A stretch of 63,860 nt of DNA, filler included, from Lenisia limosa (taxonomy: Eukaryota; Protista; Breviatea), in NCBI GenBank assembly GCA_001655205.1. It is 16 parts of 16 records of this genome, joined end to end, with 100 filler letters (N's around TTAATTAATTAA, not from the genome) between each part and the next. Parts side by side here need not be neighbours in the genome. Positions count along the whole stretch, not along the records: positions 12,653 to 16,693 come from LPNZ01000441.1; positions 16,794 to 23,183 come from LPNZ01000866.1; positions 23,284 to 28,386 come from LPNZ01007336.1; 13 more parts are not named here. One strand, 5' to 3'. Of the stretch, positions 13,047-23,492 are shown piece by piece. Both the position numbers and the translations under genes were made by a program. Each line of letters begins with the position of its first letter. Within the stretch, counting starts at the first letter, position 1. The notes under the pieces were generated by a model that ran no database searches, was not told where the DNA came from, and saw nothing but the letters and a program-made list of their open reading frames with translations.

Positions 13047-16000
13047 CTGATGACTCGGACATCTGTGCAAGGTACTCGTAACCATAAACAACCACCGCGC
13101 TGTTATTAAAGGTCTGCATAAAGTCAACAATGCGCCTCGGAATTCCTAGAATAATGTGTCGCTTGCGGGAGTCTGTGGAGGGTGAATGGAGGGATAAGGG
13201 TGAATGTTGTATGAAGCAGACAATATTAAGTGGAATAAAATCACGAGAGAAACAACACACTTGATTGATAACAAAGAAAGCTGTGTGACAGGGGGGGGGG
13301 ACGAGTATAAAAAGTAGCAACAGGAAATAGAGATTTCTTTACTGTTCAAAACGCATTGAAGGCTATTTCTGGTTTGCGATTTTTTGTGAAATATATACTC
13401 ATCATTAATTTCTTCATTAGCTTATCATAATGGCCCTACCAAGTGTTAAAATAGTATATTGAAGCACACAGGCTACAGAACGATGAAGTTTGGTCATTGA
13501 AAGTTCTGTCTTATCTTTCCCTCGACGAAATGTCTCAGAGGCCGGGCTACGAAACGCTTGTACCCTGACCTCTCCGCCCGTTCCAGTCTGAGGCTATCGA
13601 CGCACTTCTCGATGATCGTGAGAGTGTTCTCATGATAGTTGGGACCGGTCAGGGCAAGTCTCTCGTTGCTCATGTAGGAGGGGGGTAGACATTGATTATC
13701 GTCCAGCTCATTGGACGAGCGGGTAGAAAGGCGTCAGCAAAGGGTCGTGAAATTGCCATCATCATGGAAGGACGGCGGACGGCGGAAGAAGACGAGAGGT
13801 ACAACATGCAGCAAGCTGTCCCAACGCACTGGACATTCAGGTACTCCAATGCTAGAATGATTCTACGGTATTTTTTATTAACTCTCAAGAGACTGTTTTA
13901 TTTACACTCAATACTAATCAATCATTTTAGAACAAGTCAATTTCAGACATTTCTGATTTTGAGCCCTCTCACGTCCAGTGCCTCTCAGTGGTATTGATTA
14001 AGGCTTATCAGAAAGCTCCAGAAATCACAGTGTATGCGAGCCTAGACGACGCAAAAATTGTGATGTCTTTGGTATGATGAACTGAAAGAAGAGGTTTTAG
14101 GGTCATCATCAAAACGCATTTAGATTCGCTCAATATAAGTCATAGCCTGAAATGGACGTATTTGATTTACGCTCAATGCTAAGTTGACTGTTTTCGTGTT
14201 CAGTGAGAGCTCTTGGGTGTTGGGTGTCAATCCACCCCTTTTAAGGACCGATCTTTGATCGAAGGAACTTCTGGGGAATTTTGTTTCTTACTTGCTGTAT
14301 TAACTGTTAACTAGCTGCTTACCTCCTGCTTACAGACAGAATTACAAGTTAATTCATGGCTTTTTATGATTACGTTTCTCTTGGAGCCTTAATTCTGCAG
14401 CAAATAGGTCACAGCCAACTTCAAGAAGGCGTTCAACGTCCATACAACAATATGCTATCCGTTCATTCTGTTGTTGGGTATATGCAGTTATATTACATAT
14501 CATATATATACACAAAATAGCTCATCATAATATATCATATGCTCAAGGTCCTAAATTATGTCGTTAATTAGTTACGGTCGCCAAATCAGCTATTCCCCTT
14601 CAAAACAGATATAATACACACTTTATATATTTATGAAGGGAAACAAAGAAAAAAAAACTTTCAAAAACGTTCATTGTGTTTTTGCAAGAACATCAAATTT
14701 GATAGCGATCTTTTTTCAGTGTATGCTCGCATTTTTCTCATATGTCCTTTTTTACGAGTCAAATTGTTGTGAAGTTGACCGTAACATGAAAAAGTCACAG
14801 AAAATTGAATTAACGACAATAATTCGAATTAACGACATAATTTAAGACCTTGAGCATATCATATTATAGATACTACAATGTAAGAGCATATCTGCCTTTC
14901 CGACTAATTTCCAACCTTCCATGAGGGCCAAAGAGCTACAGGTTTGGATGGCAAGGCACACGGGGCCCTCGCGCTCTATCCGATCCGCGTGTTTCAACGC
15001 CCAAATATCTATCTGTGGAGGGTGGGGGGCTAAATTCGAAAATTTATGAGAAAAAAAACCCCCAAATCAACTCTGTTGGCTGACAAGAGAACAAAAAAAA
15101 AAANNNNNNNNNNNNNNNNNNNNNNNNNNNNNNNNNNNNNNNNNNNNNNNNNNNNNNNNNNNNNNNNNNNNNNNNNNNNNNNNNNNNNNNNNNNNNNNNN
15201 NNNNNNNNNNNNNNNNNNNNNNNNNNNNNNNNNNNNNNNNNNNNNNNNNNNNNNNNNNNNNNNNNNNNNNNNNNNNNNNNNNNNNNNNNNNNNNNNNNNN
15301 NNNNNNNNNNNNNNNNNNNNNNNNNACAACAACAACAAAAAAAGAACTTTTTCTGTTCGAAGAAAATTTTTAACTCTGGCGGCGGATCATCATACCTTGG
15401 ATGAAATGAGGTCCGCTGATGCTTCTGCAGATTGGTTAATTTATTATGGGAAGATTGGAAATTAATCGGAGAATCCCCTGAACATGTGCTTACCAGGAGA
15501 GTACTCTGCAAGACAGCTAAACAGCTGGAAAGCGGCAGTGATGACACCTTCATTCTGGCTTTCTTTGACCAACGCAATTGCTTCGGTAATCATCTTCATA
15601 TCCAGTACTTTTGTTGCTGCGTCGGTGTCTGAGGGATGGTCATTATTGACACTTGGTCTCCGTGCAATTAATTGAAAAAATAATTGCAAAATTTGAAGTG
15701 CAACATATTGTAATGTAAACTCAATTTCAGACACTTTAATTTCAAATTTTGTCAAATGATTTCTTTAACAATTTAATTACACAGAACCCTGATTGACACC
15801 GATTCTACCGTAAAAAAAGTTAGACACAGTGACTGTGGTGAGTCCAGACCAATATTCCTTGGGAAATCATATAGCAAATCCGCCAAGACTTGAAAATGAT
15901 CTGTTTAAGCAATCTGCAAGCCCAAAATCATTTTACAATTGTTATTATCACCCCTCCCTCACTGGATATTATTCGGCGAATTGAACCGTACGCTGACTTT

Positions 16001-16312
16001 TCCTCTATATAAGTTAAGAAAATCAAAGAGCTGCTGTGCTGTATGACCGAACAAGGTTAAACTCTAGGGATAAAGTTTGGTGTGTAGAAATGAGAAAATA
16101 AACAAGGTTGAATACTAAACACTAGGGATATATACATACAGTGACCGGGAAAAGTCTTGACCGATTTTCGTTGAGAAATCACATGCAAATCGACCAGGAT
16201 CGATTAATTTTCCCGTTCTCAATTGAGCCAGCCCACTCTTATCAGCAACCAAAGTCATGACCAGTCGGAGGAATGTCATGAGAACAACAGCGTCGCCGCT
16301 ATGCTTTTTTAC
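13047..16312 (-). CDS. ARM/HEAT-like helical repeat protein, multi-exon (partial)
   Basis: Exons ~16200-16312 (KKHSGDAVVLMTFLRLVMTLVADK), ~15495-15660 (MITEAIALVKESQNEGVITAAFQLFSCLAEY), ~15395-15423, ~14915-15012, ~14375-14454 (DVERLLEVGCDLF) and 13047-13172. GT-AG bounded, amphipathic pattern. Confidence 0.55.
13521..13900 (+). pseudogene. Collapsed SF2 (Ski2-like DExH) helicase remnant, antisense within an intron
   Basis: PLRPFQSEAIDALLDDRESVLMIVGTGQGKSL (Q motif + motif I) is in frame with IVQLIGRAGRK (motif VI) only about 10 codons later. In-frame TGA and TAG. Confidence 0.65.
14540..14856. mobile_element. MITE family D (317 bp), TIR related to the 17640-21785 element
   Basis: tgctcaaggtcctaaattatgtcgttaatt ... 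aattaacgacataatttaagaccttgagca, ~30-bp TIR with 1 mismatch, TA on both sides, non-coding interior. Confidence 0.85.
15013..15090 (-). repeat. Intron-terminal repeat family I at a 3' splice site
   Basis: Reverse complement ttgtcagccaacagagttgatttgggg...cataaattttcgaatttagccccccaccctccacag directly precedes the exon IDIWALKH. Confidence 0.85.
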
Positions 16313-16816
16313 CACTAAAAGCGCTTCGTCGAGGAAAGAGCTCTGTACCAGAATTTCTCGGCATTCTAGAGTGTGATCTCAATGGTCATCCAGAAGTGAA
16401 ACTCAGATCATTGCTTCAAAGATGAAGTGAACTAGATTCAGATAATACATATCATGTCTCAGAAACATTAAAAGGTGTGTTGGATGTCTTTGGGATGTAA
16501 ACTTTCTTATTTTCTCATTTCTACATACCATAAGATATATTATCCCTAGTGTTTAGTATACAGCAATGAGAAAAAAAAACAAGGTTGTATCTGACCATTC
16601 TAGACAATGATCGCAATTCGAAGAGTTCAGAATTTTCCATTCTTTTAGATTATCAACAAATTATACAAATTATACGAAATTTAGACTTTCTGGNNNNNNN
16701 NNNNNNNNNNNNNNNNNNNNNNNNNNNNNNNNNNNNNTTAATTAATTAANNNNNNNNNNNNNNNNNNNNNNNNNNNNNNNNNNNNNNNNNNNNGGAGGGG
16801 GGGTTCTGATTATGTA

Positions 16817-16894
16817 CAGTAACCGAGATAAGGCTTGACCTATTTTCCTTGGGAAATCACAAAGCAAATCGGTCAAAACTTATCCTGGTCAGAG
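16817..16894. mobile_element. MITE family B copy (Tc1/mariner-like CAGTG end)
   Basis: ta|cagtaaccgagataaggcttgacc...ggtcaaaacttatcctggtc. Related copies at ~1680-1743, 11886, 15826, 16139, 22841, 44485 and 59150. Confidence 0.8.
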
Positions 16895-17359
16895 TAATGA
16901 GGGGGCGGGGTAATTCCAAGGCCTGAGTATTTGGCACCCTTCATTTATTTTCTGTTTTTCCATAGAGTTTATGATCGCTAGAATCTTACTAGTTATTGGC
17001 GATCCCAATCACAAGTCGACAAGCCTTATCCCCCCCGCCCTCACCTTCATATTTTCGCTCTCCCCTTTTATATTATCGCACTCCTACCCCCACTTATAAC
17101 ATCATTAATGTGGGCATTTTTTTGAGCAAAGTTCTGTTTATCATCTTCAATGGGATTGTAGTTTGGAAAACCAGATCAGATTCGGTCTTAGGAATCGGGT
17201 CTGTCTAGGACTTTCCTACCAAAAAAGACCGAATATATTGATAAATCCTCGATAAATATCGATATTATAACGGTCTTTTTCGGACCGGACGGTCTGTCCC
17301 ATGAATAATATGATCATTAGGGCTTCTCTTATTGAGTAAATGTCTGCTCTCTTCAACTA

Positions 17360-20300
17360 GGTCAACAGTTCAAAAGTTGACAAGCCAATATGCAAAGAAA
17401 GCGGCATTATTGTTTCCTTATCTTCTTTAGTTCTCCTGCAGGGCCAACCTCATTGACGAAACAAACAAGGAAATTGCCTCCTTTGAACACGAATTTGAAA
17501 ATGGCGTCCTGATGCTGAAGGTACAAATAATAGGCTCATACCTTTATGTAATTACATAAAAATGATATGTGCATAGTTTTTGCGTTCTCTATTGGAACTA
17601 TGTGAATGAGTTACGGTTGATATATCACAGTTATACATATACTCACGGTCCTAAATGGTGTCATTATTTCCGAAATGGTGTCATTAATTCGGAAAAGGTG
17701 TTGTGAACCCCTCTATTTTCCTTCAGGTTTTTTTTATCAAACCTTGTTCACCTCCTCCCCAGTTTCGTATCAAAACTACAAAATATTGCCGTTAAAAACT
17801 AAAAACTAAAAAAAAAAAAACATTTTTCCATAAAACTCATCAAATACCAATTACATCAAAACACAAAACAATACCAGCTGCCATCATTGGAATGCAAACT
17901 AAATTGGTCAATAGTCATCATCAAACTGGAATCCAAAAAATCGAATCGGGCTATCCAAACATAAAATCAGGCTTTCTTTTGCTTTTTGCTGGCTTCTTGG
18001 CCTCACGATCAGCTGCTCGCTTGGCTTGACGCCTTCACACCGCCCTTTTTGACGGCTGTCAAGTGGTTGATGATGGCGCCATTTGATATGTCAAGTGCAG
18101 CTGCGCGTAGAGGTGTGACTTTGACCTCGGTCTCCTTGCAAATGACCTAGAGTAGTTAAAGAGGAAGGGTACTAAAATGCAATATCTTTTGAAAGAGCTG
18201 TAATAAAGAGACAAAAGGAAGCATACAAATATGCCCCTGACAAACTTCTCCATAGATTATTGTCATTGAAGAACTTTCTCTAACCGGTTTCACGAGTGGA
18301 TGTCTTGTTGCCGCTATCTACCTGTCGGTAGGCGACCTGTACGAGATTGTTCTCGTCAATTGACAGGTCTGCTAAGCGGAGAATAGTTTGTTGGCTGCTT
18401 AGTCGTGACCCGTCTTCTCCTGTCATAGCGAACATTGCCTACATTTGTGATTCAGAGTAGGATATTATGGTTGCCTTATCCAGGCCAACAATATTAAAGA
18501 ATACTTCCCTCCCGCGAGGCCTAGATCATTTGAATTATCTGTCCCCTACCAAATACGCGGATCTGGACACTGAAGTTGTGAACGGTACAATATCGTTGCC
18601 GAGTGGTAGCATCTCAATTATCGACATCAGCCTATCAAATGGTAAGTATTCGGTGAAGTACTTAGGCGACCCCAGATGAAGTTGTGACAAGTTTACTAAT
18701 GCAACCTACAAACCTCACAAATTCTGGGCCTGTCAGGGGCGGTTCTCCTCCTCCCGCCGGGAGCTCGTCCCTACCAGGAAGTACTCCGTCCTCGAGCTTG
18801 GACACCGCACTGTTACGCCTCCTATTGAACTTCTGACTGTTAGTGATCCATAAAACACAATACAAAACACTACAACCAGACTCACCTGTCTCGACATCTT
18901 CTTGGACTCTGAAAAAAGATCATCGAAACGGGCCTTATAAGCGGGAAGGGACATGGCCTTGACAATGAGAGTTTATGTGCTCTTCAGAAGCAACAACAGC
19001 ATGGCTTAGCTCCTATACACGGGTTAATACAGCTGGAAATTCCACAGAGGTTGCAGCAAGCATCTTTAAAAAAGGCAGCATTATCGGAACCTTCTGGTAC
19101 AAGATTGGAGGCCTGTCAAATATAAGCGTTCCTTCGGGCTTGGTAGTATTGATGTCAGTCAAAGCAGTTGACTTCTCAAGGATTGTGGGTTTACACAACA
19201 TTTTGATAAGAGCGGGGGTTCGAGGGTAGAGGTTTGGTGCATGGACAGGAGCAGTGAAGGTAAGTAGTTTCTTGAGGTATTGAGTGGTGACGGAGGTCAA
19301 AATATGGAGCCTTTCACGTACATACTGGCTGGAATCTTCATTGGATTATACCCATTGAGCTCATAGCCGCACAACTTTTGGGATGCTCTGATGACAACAG
19401 TGCTTGGAGTAGCCATTGCTTCGGCAATACTACCAGAGACCTCTTCCTCCTTCATAGCTCTGAAAAATTACCCTCAGTATCAAATCATGATGAGTAGAAT
19501 TATAGAGCCATCTTATGATAGTATGGAAATGAGGTCATAATAATCAGATAATCACTCATAGTGCGTACATACCTTCCAGCATAGGCCTTTTTCCACTCAG
19601 CAATTAAGGAATAGACACAGTGGTTTACTTTTGCATGCCAATGCGAATCTGCAACCTACTTAAGTAAAAACAAATTGTCGCGAAAGGAAAATAGCAAATA
19701 TTGAACTGAAGTAGATTATACCTGGAGGAAGTGGCTGGTGGATGCAAGCTCGATGATAAGAATAACACAATAGAGCAAGAAGATAGAAAAGCACACCTTA
19801 ATGATTGTTACAAAAACAAAGAAAATGAAAATAGCAGGTGATACTTACCTCAATCGACACATGAATCCGAGCCCCATTGCCATTCATGATGATAAAGTCG
19901 TGCGGAGAAGAGCGTTTTATTCTTGCGACGGACTCAATGCAATGGAGAAATCCCTCAGTGGAAAAGTACGCTGAAGAATTGACCCCAGTGGCAAACATAT
20001 TCCATTCTTCGGCCGCAGCAATTGACTCGGGTTTAGGAGTAAAAAGGACAGGGTTCTCCATAACGTTGTTGTCTCTCAGCCATTGGAGAATCTTTCTTGT
20101 TTCGTCTTAATCAGCTGCACTAAGCTTAGGAAGATACTCCTTGGAGGATGGTGGGGCTTTTTGCTCACGGGCACAGGATTCCTGATGATACAATTTCACC
20201 TGAAAGACTTGTAACAGTGACGGCAGAAGCCATGGGGTCGTTCTCGATGTCCCTGAACACTTCACACATCCAGGCGTTCTCGTCATAAAAGAGAATCCGT

Positions 20301-23177
20301 TGGTTCTCAAGCTCAATTTCTAGGGTTGTTGAATCAAGAAGGGGAATCCACTTGTCGATCAAAGACAGAATATTAGCCTCGTTGTTGGGCTCCTTGATGG
20401 ACTAAAGTATAAAAAGGTCAATAGACAATGAAGATCCATAATCACACGCTTAGTATTAGTTGCACACAAGAAATAATCGCAATAATAAAAAAGAGTTTAC
20501 AATCAACCTCTTCAGTTTCTAATACAAGTTGCTTGGATTCCATGCCAAGTTTTTTGTAGCTTCCTTCTTATACTGCTTGAGCTCAGTTGAGAAGGGGATG
20601 GGGACAGGACTCGCTCAATAATTAAAACAATTGGAAATGTATCTAGTGTTGTGAAATACATATCTCTCTTAACATACCAACGTCTTTGGAGTCGATTTTT
20701 GAAAGTAAACCGGAAATTTGGATCTGGACACTTCTTCCATAGTCACAGCAATACTGTAGGTACGGATTGCAGTCTCGGTTTTGGCATCACGAGAAGTCAC
20801 CTTGCTAACTAACTGCCTTGGCAATATGCCGACCAATACGAAGTCCAGCGTTGTACAAGCGAGCCATTTGTAGGGTACTCTCAGGCTACAAAGACGATTA
20901 ATTTTAATAGATAACAACCACATAACGCATTATAAATTACAACTAACTAATAGCTCATATTCAATTCCATTCAAAATAGCTCAAAAACAACTTAAATTGC
21001 AAAATCATATTCCTTGAATATAAAGGCAAAAGTAACTTCAATCATTTTCCTTACCTGCGTTTTCTCTTGCCGTTGACGATCAAGGTCAAAGGGAACACGT
21101 TTCTGAACTTTTAAGCGGATTTCCTTTGCTTTATTTGCCGATCCCCTCCCCATAGAGTCGTTTTCTTGAAGTTTGGCAACGATGATTTCAAGCCTTATTG
21201 AACACCAAGCTAATTTGTTAGAATAATCCAGGAAATTACGTACAAATATCAAAAGTCTTACCGATTGTAACTTTTTGCACGTTTCTTCAGCCGTGGTTTC
21301 CATCCAAAGGATGGGCTCATTTGAGTCTTGTTCAACACCAGTCCAAGCATTCTCAAGCTCAGGAAAGTCTGTAGTAAAGTGGCTTTCTACAGGTTTTTGA
21401 CCGCGAGACCATATTAATGGTTCTAAAACTAAAAAATAAAGAAGGCTCCAATACTTACAGTGTGATAGACGAGCACCAAAACAACGGTTTTTCAGAAAGA
21501 AGGCCTTTCCACTTCCAAGTGAGGTAAGTACATATACTGTAAGAATATAAAATGTTCTACAGCGATTAATCCAACTAAAATGGCTTTTCAAAAAATGGCA
21601 AAAAAGAAAAATTTGCGCCACGCTTGCGCGCAATCCCAAATTTTACTATACTCCAGTTTTTATGTTTCTACGCTGATTTAGTAGGTTTTCAACTTTTTTT
21701 TTTTTAATCTATTTAAATCAATGCAGAAAAATAAAAAAGAAGCCTTTTTTTTGCAAAAGTACCACACCAATTAGGACCGTGAGCATATATGCTTCCACTT
21801 ATCTTCTGCTATTTTCAACAGATGTCTGTAGGTTTCACTTTTTCTGTTCTTTGTCATTTTCTTTCTGTCTTGTCTTCTTGTTTCTTTCCTTTGTTGGAGT
21901 CAGTTTCGGCGTTGCATTTGTCGCCAAGATTGAAATATGGAACTCTTAAATCGATTTGTTTCACACATAATAATTCAAAAAGACACGTAAGACCAAAATA
22001 CTTCCAAAAACAATAACAAACGGGGGAAAGCAATAACATAGTTACTTGCCCCAATTTTCCATTTTTACTCCCCAACCAACAGAATTGATTTTGGGCCATT
22101 TTTTCAAAATTGTCCAATTTTACTCTCTAGGGCAATACAATTCTGGAGCGAGCCGGAACGTTCAAAACCCGGGTGATCATCACGAACAACGCTAAACATT
22201 TCAAGCACTTCCCCATTGAGGCTCTTGAGAAGGAAGTTATTTGTATCATCAAACCCGCAGGTAGGTGCAAGTGTTAGGATGATGATATGTATGAGTGGTT
22301 GCTTATAAGATGATGATGGGAGTATGGGAGTGGTGGTAGTTTTTAATGATAGTGGGGGGTTAAAGATGATTACAGAAGTTGTTGTTTTAAAAGCAAGAGA
22401 GCAAGTTGTTTGTGATTGTCAAAGTGACCATAATCTTCGTTAAATTCTAGTAAACAGTAGTTAAAAATGTCACCGAAACTCTTTGTTCGGAAATCCGTAA
22501 CAATTTTCTGGGTTGGCACCCTGCTTTAATCCCCCCCAGGCCCCGAGACAATGCAGCTTCTTGTTGAGGAAACGATGAAGTCGTTCAGCACTAATGAGTG
22601 GGTAAGGGGAGGGGGTTATAATGGACAATATTCATATTATCTCTTTTATTTGGATATTTCGTTTTCATGCACATTTACTTTCCGCCATTATTGTTGCGTA
22701 TTCCCTTCCTCAATTGTTACTTATGATACCCCATAGAAGCGGCAGAACCCTCATCAAGGCTGGAACTGACGTTGTCTATAAGGACGCTTTCGGGAACATT
22801 TGCTCGTATTTAGGGGTTATGTGGAAGTATTATATGTTACAGTGACCGGGATAAGTCTTGACCGATTTGCTATTTGATGAAAAAATTCTTTAGTATTTAT
22901 ACTCGTTTTATTTCCTTTTTTAATATATTAAACACTCAAGCGATCAAGTGCACATGTATGGTCGTGATATATCATATCCTCAATTCAAACTATTTTATAT
23001 GATCATTTTCTTACTTCTCCAGTCCAAGATTATGAAAATTCTGAAAGTGAAGCTTTGCCCATATCTAACCTCTCTAGTGGAATCAATGACGATGAAGTTA
23101 TCTTCTCAGCTGAGCTGGTTGACACCCCCGGGGAAATTGACCTCTTGAATCTCACCTCTGTGCCTCTGAGAAGAACT
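17360..23177 (+). CDS. Hypothetical protein with filamin/Ig-like repeat features; host gene of the 4.1-kb transposon
   Basis: The exon ending ...FEHEFENGVLMLK|gt at 17520 joins in phase 0 to ag|GNTILERAGTFKTRV at 22131. Later exons include TLIKAGTDVVYKDAFGN (AG....KD.FGN is filamin/Ig-like). Domain call is tentative. Confidence 0.55.
17967..19300 (-). pseudogene. Unidentified coding segments downstream of the transposase core (C-terminal extension or second ORF)
   Basis: Open segments 19013-19300, ~18870-18954, ~18270-18440 and ~17967-18145, ending in a Lys-rich tail (AKKPAKSKKKA-stop). Interrupted by stops and frame changes. Confidence 0.4.
19297..21520 (-). pseudogene. Intron-containing DDE_1 (pogo/CENP-B-like) transposase, decayed
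   Basis: Spliced motifs QRILFYDEN (first D), NSSAYFSTEGFLHCIE, FIIMNGNGAR (second D replaced by N), STSHFLQVADS (third D) and TPSTVVIRASQKLCGYELNGYNP follow DDE_1 order. In-frame TAA near 20107 and frameshifts. Confidence 0.75.
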
Positions 23178-23359
23178 GTGGGGNNNNNNNNNNNNNNNNN
23201 NNNNNNNNNNNNNNNNNNNNNNNNNNNTTAATTAATTAANNNNNNNNNNNNNNNNNNNNNNNNNNNNNNNNNNNNNNNNNNNNATTCTCTGAGTCACTTG
23301 TACGTAACCCCCCCTTTCTCATCATAATATCAAGCATCCCTCACTTCGCTACATACTCA

Positions 23360-23459
23360 TAGGGCTTCACTTCGGTTCGAAAAAAGACTGAATTTCTCGA
23401 TAAATCCTCGGAAACTATCGATATTTCCCCGTTTTTTCCGGAACCGAAGTGAAGCCCTA
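23360..23459. mobile_element. MITE family A, reference full-length copy (100 bp including TA flanks)
   Basis: TAGGGCTTCACTTCGGTTC...GAACCGAAGTGAAGCCCTA, perfect terminal inverted repeat. Confidence 0.92.
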
Positions 23460-23492
23460 CATACACAGACATTGCTTACCCCCCCCCCCCAG

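Larger units (their letters stand above)
17640..21785 (-). mobile_element. Full-length pogo-like (Tc1/mariner superfamily) TIR DNA transposon, ~4.1 kb
   Basis: Left ta|tactcacggtcctaaatggtgt; right acaccaattaggaccgtgagca|ta (20-bp core TIR, 1 mismatch). Encloses a DDE_1 transposase-like gene. Confidence 0.85.

Noticed and set aside
14890-14900. GC-AG donor in the ARM-like gene
   Set aside because: An upstream GT donor (GAA G|gttgg) gives the phase needed by the next exon.
20100-20112. UAA reassigned to Gln or Glu (in-frame TAA in the transposase)
   Set aside because: FARSA and RPL41 end in TAA at their expected C-termini.
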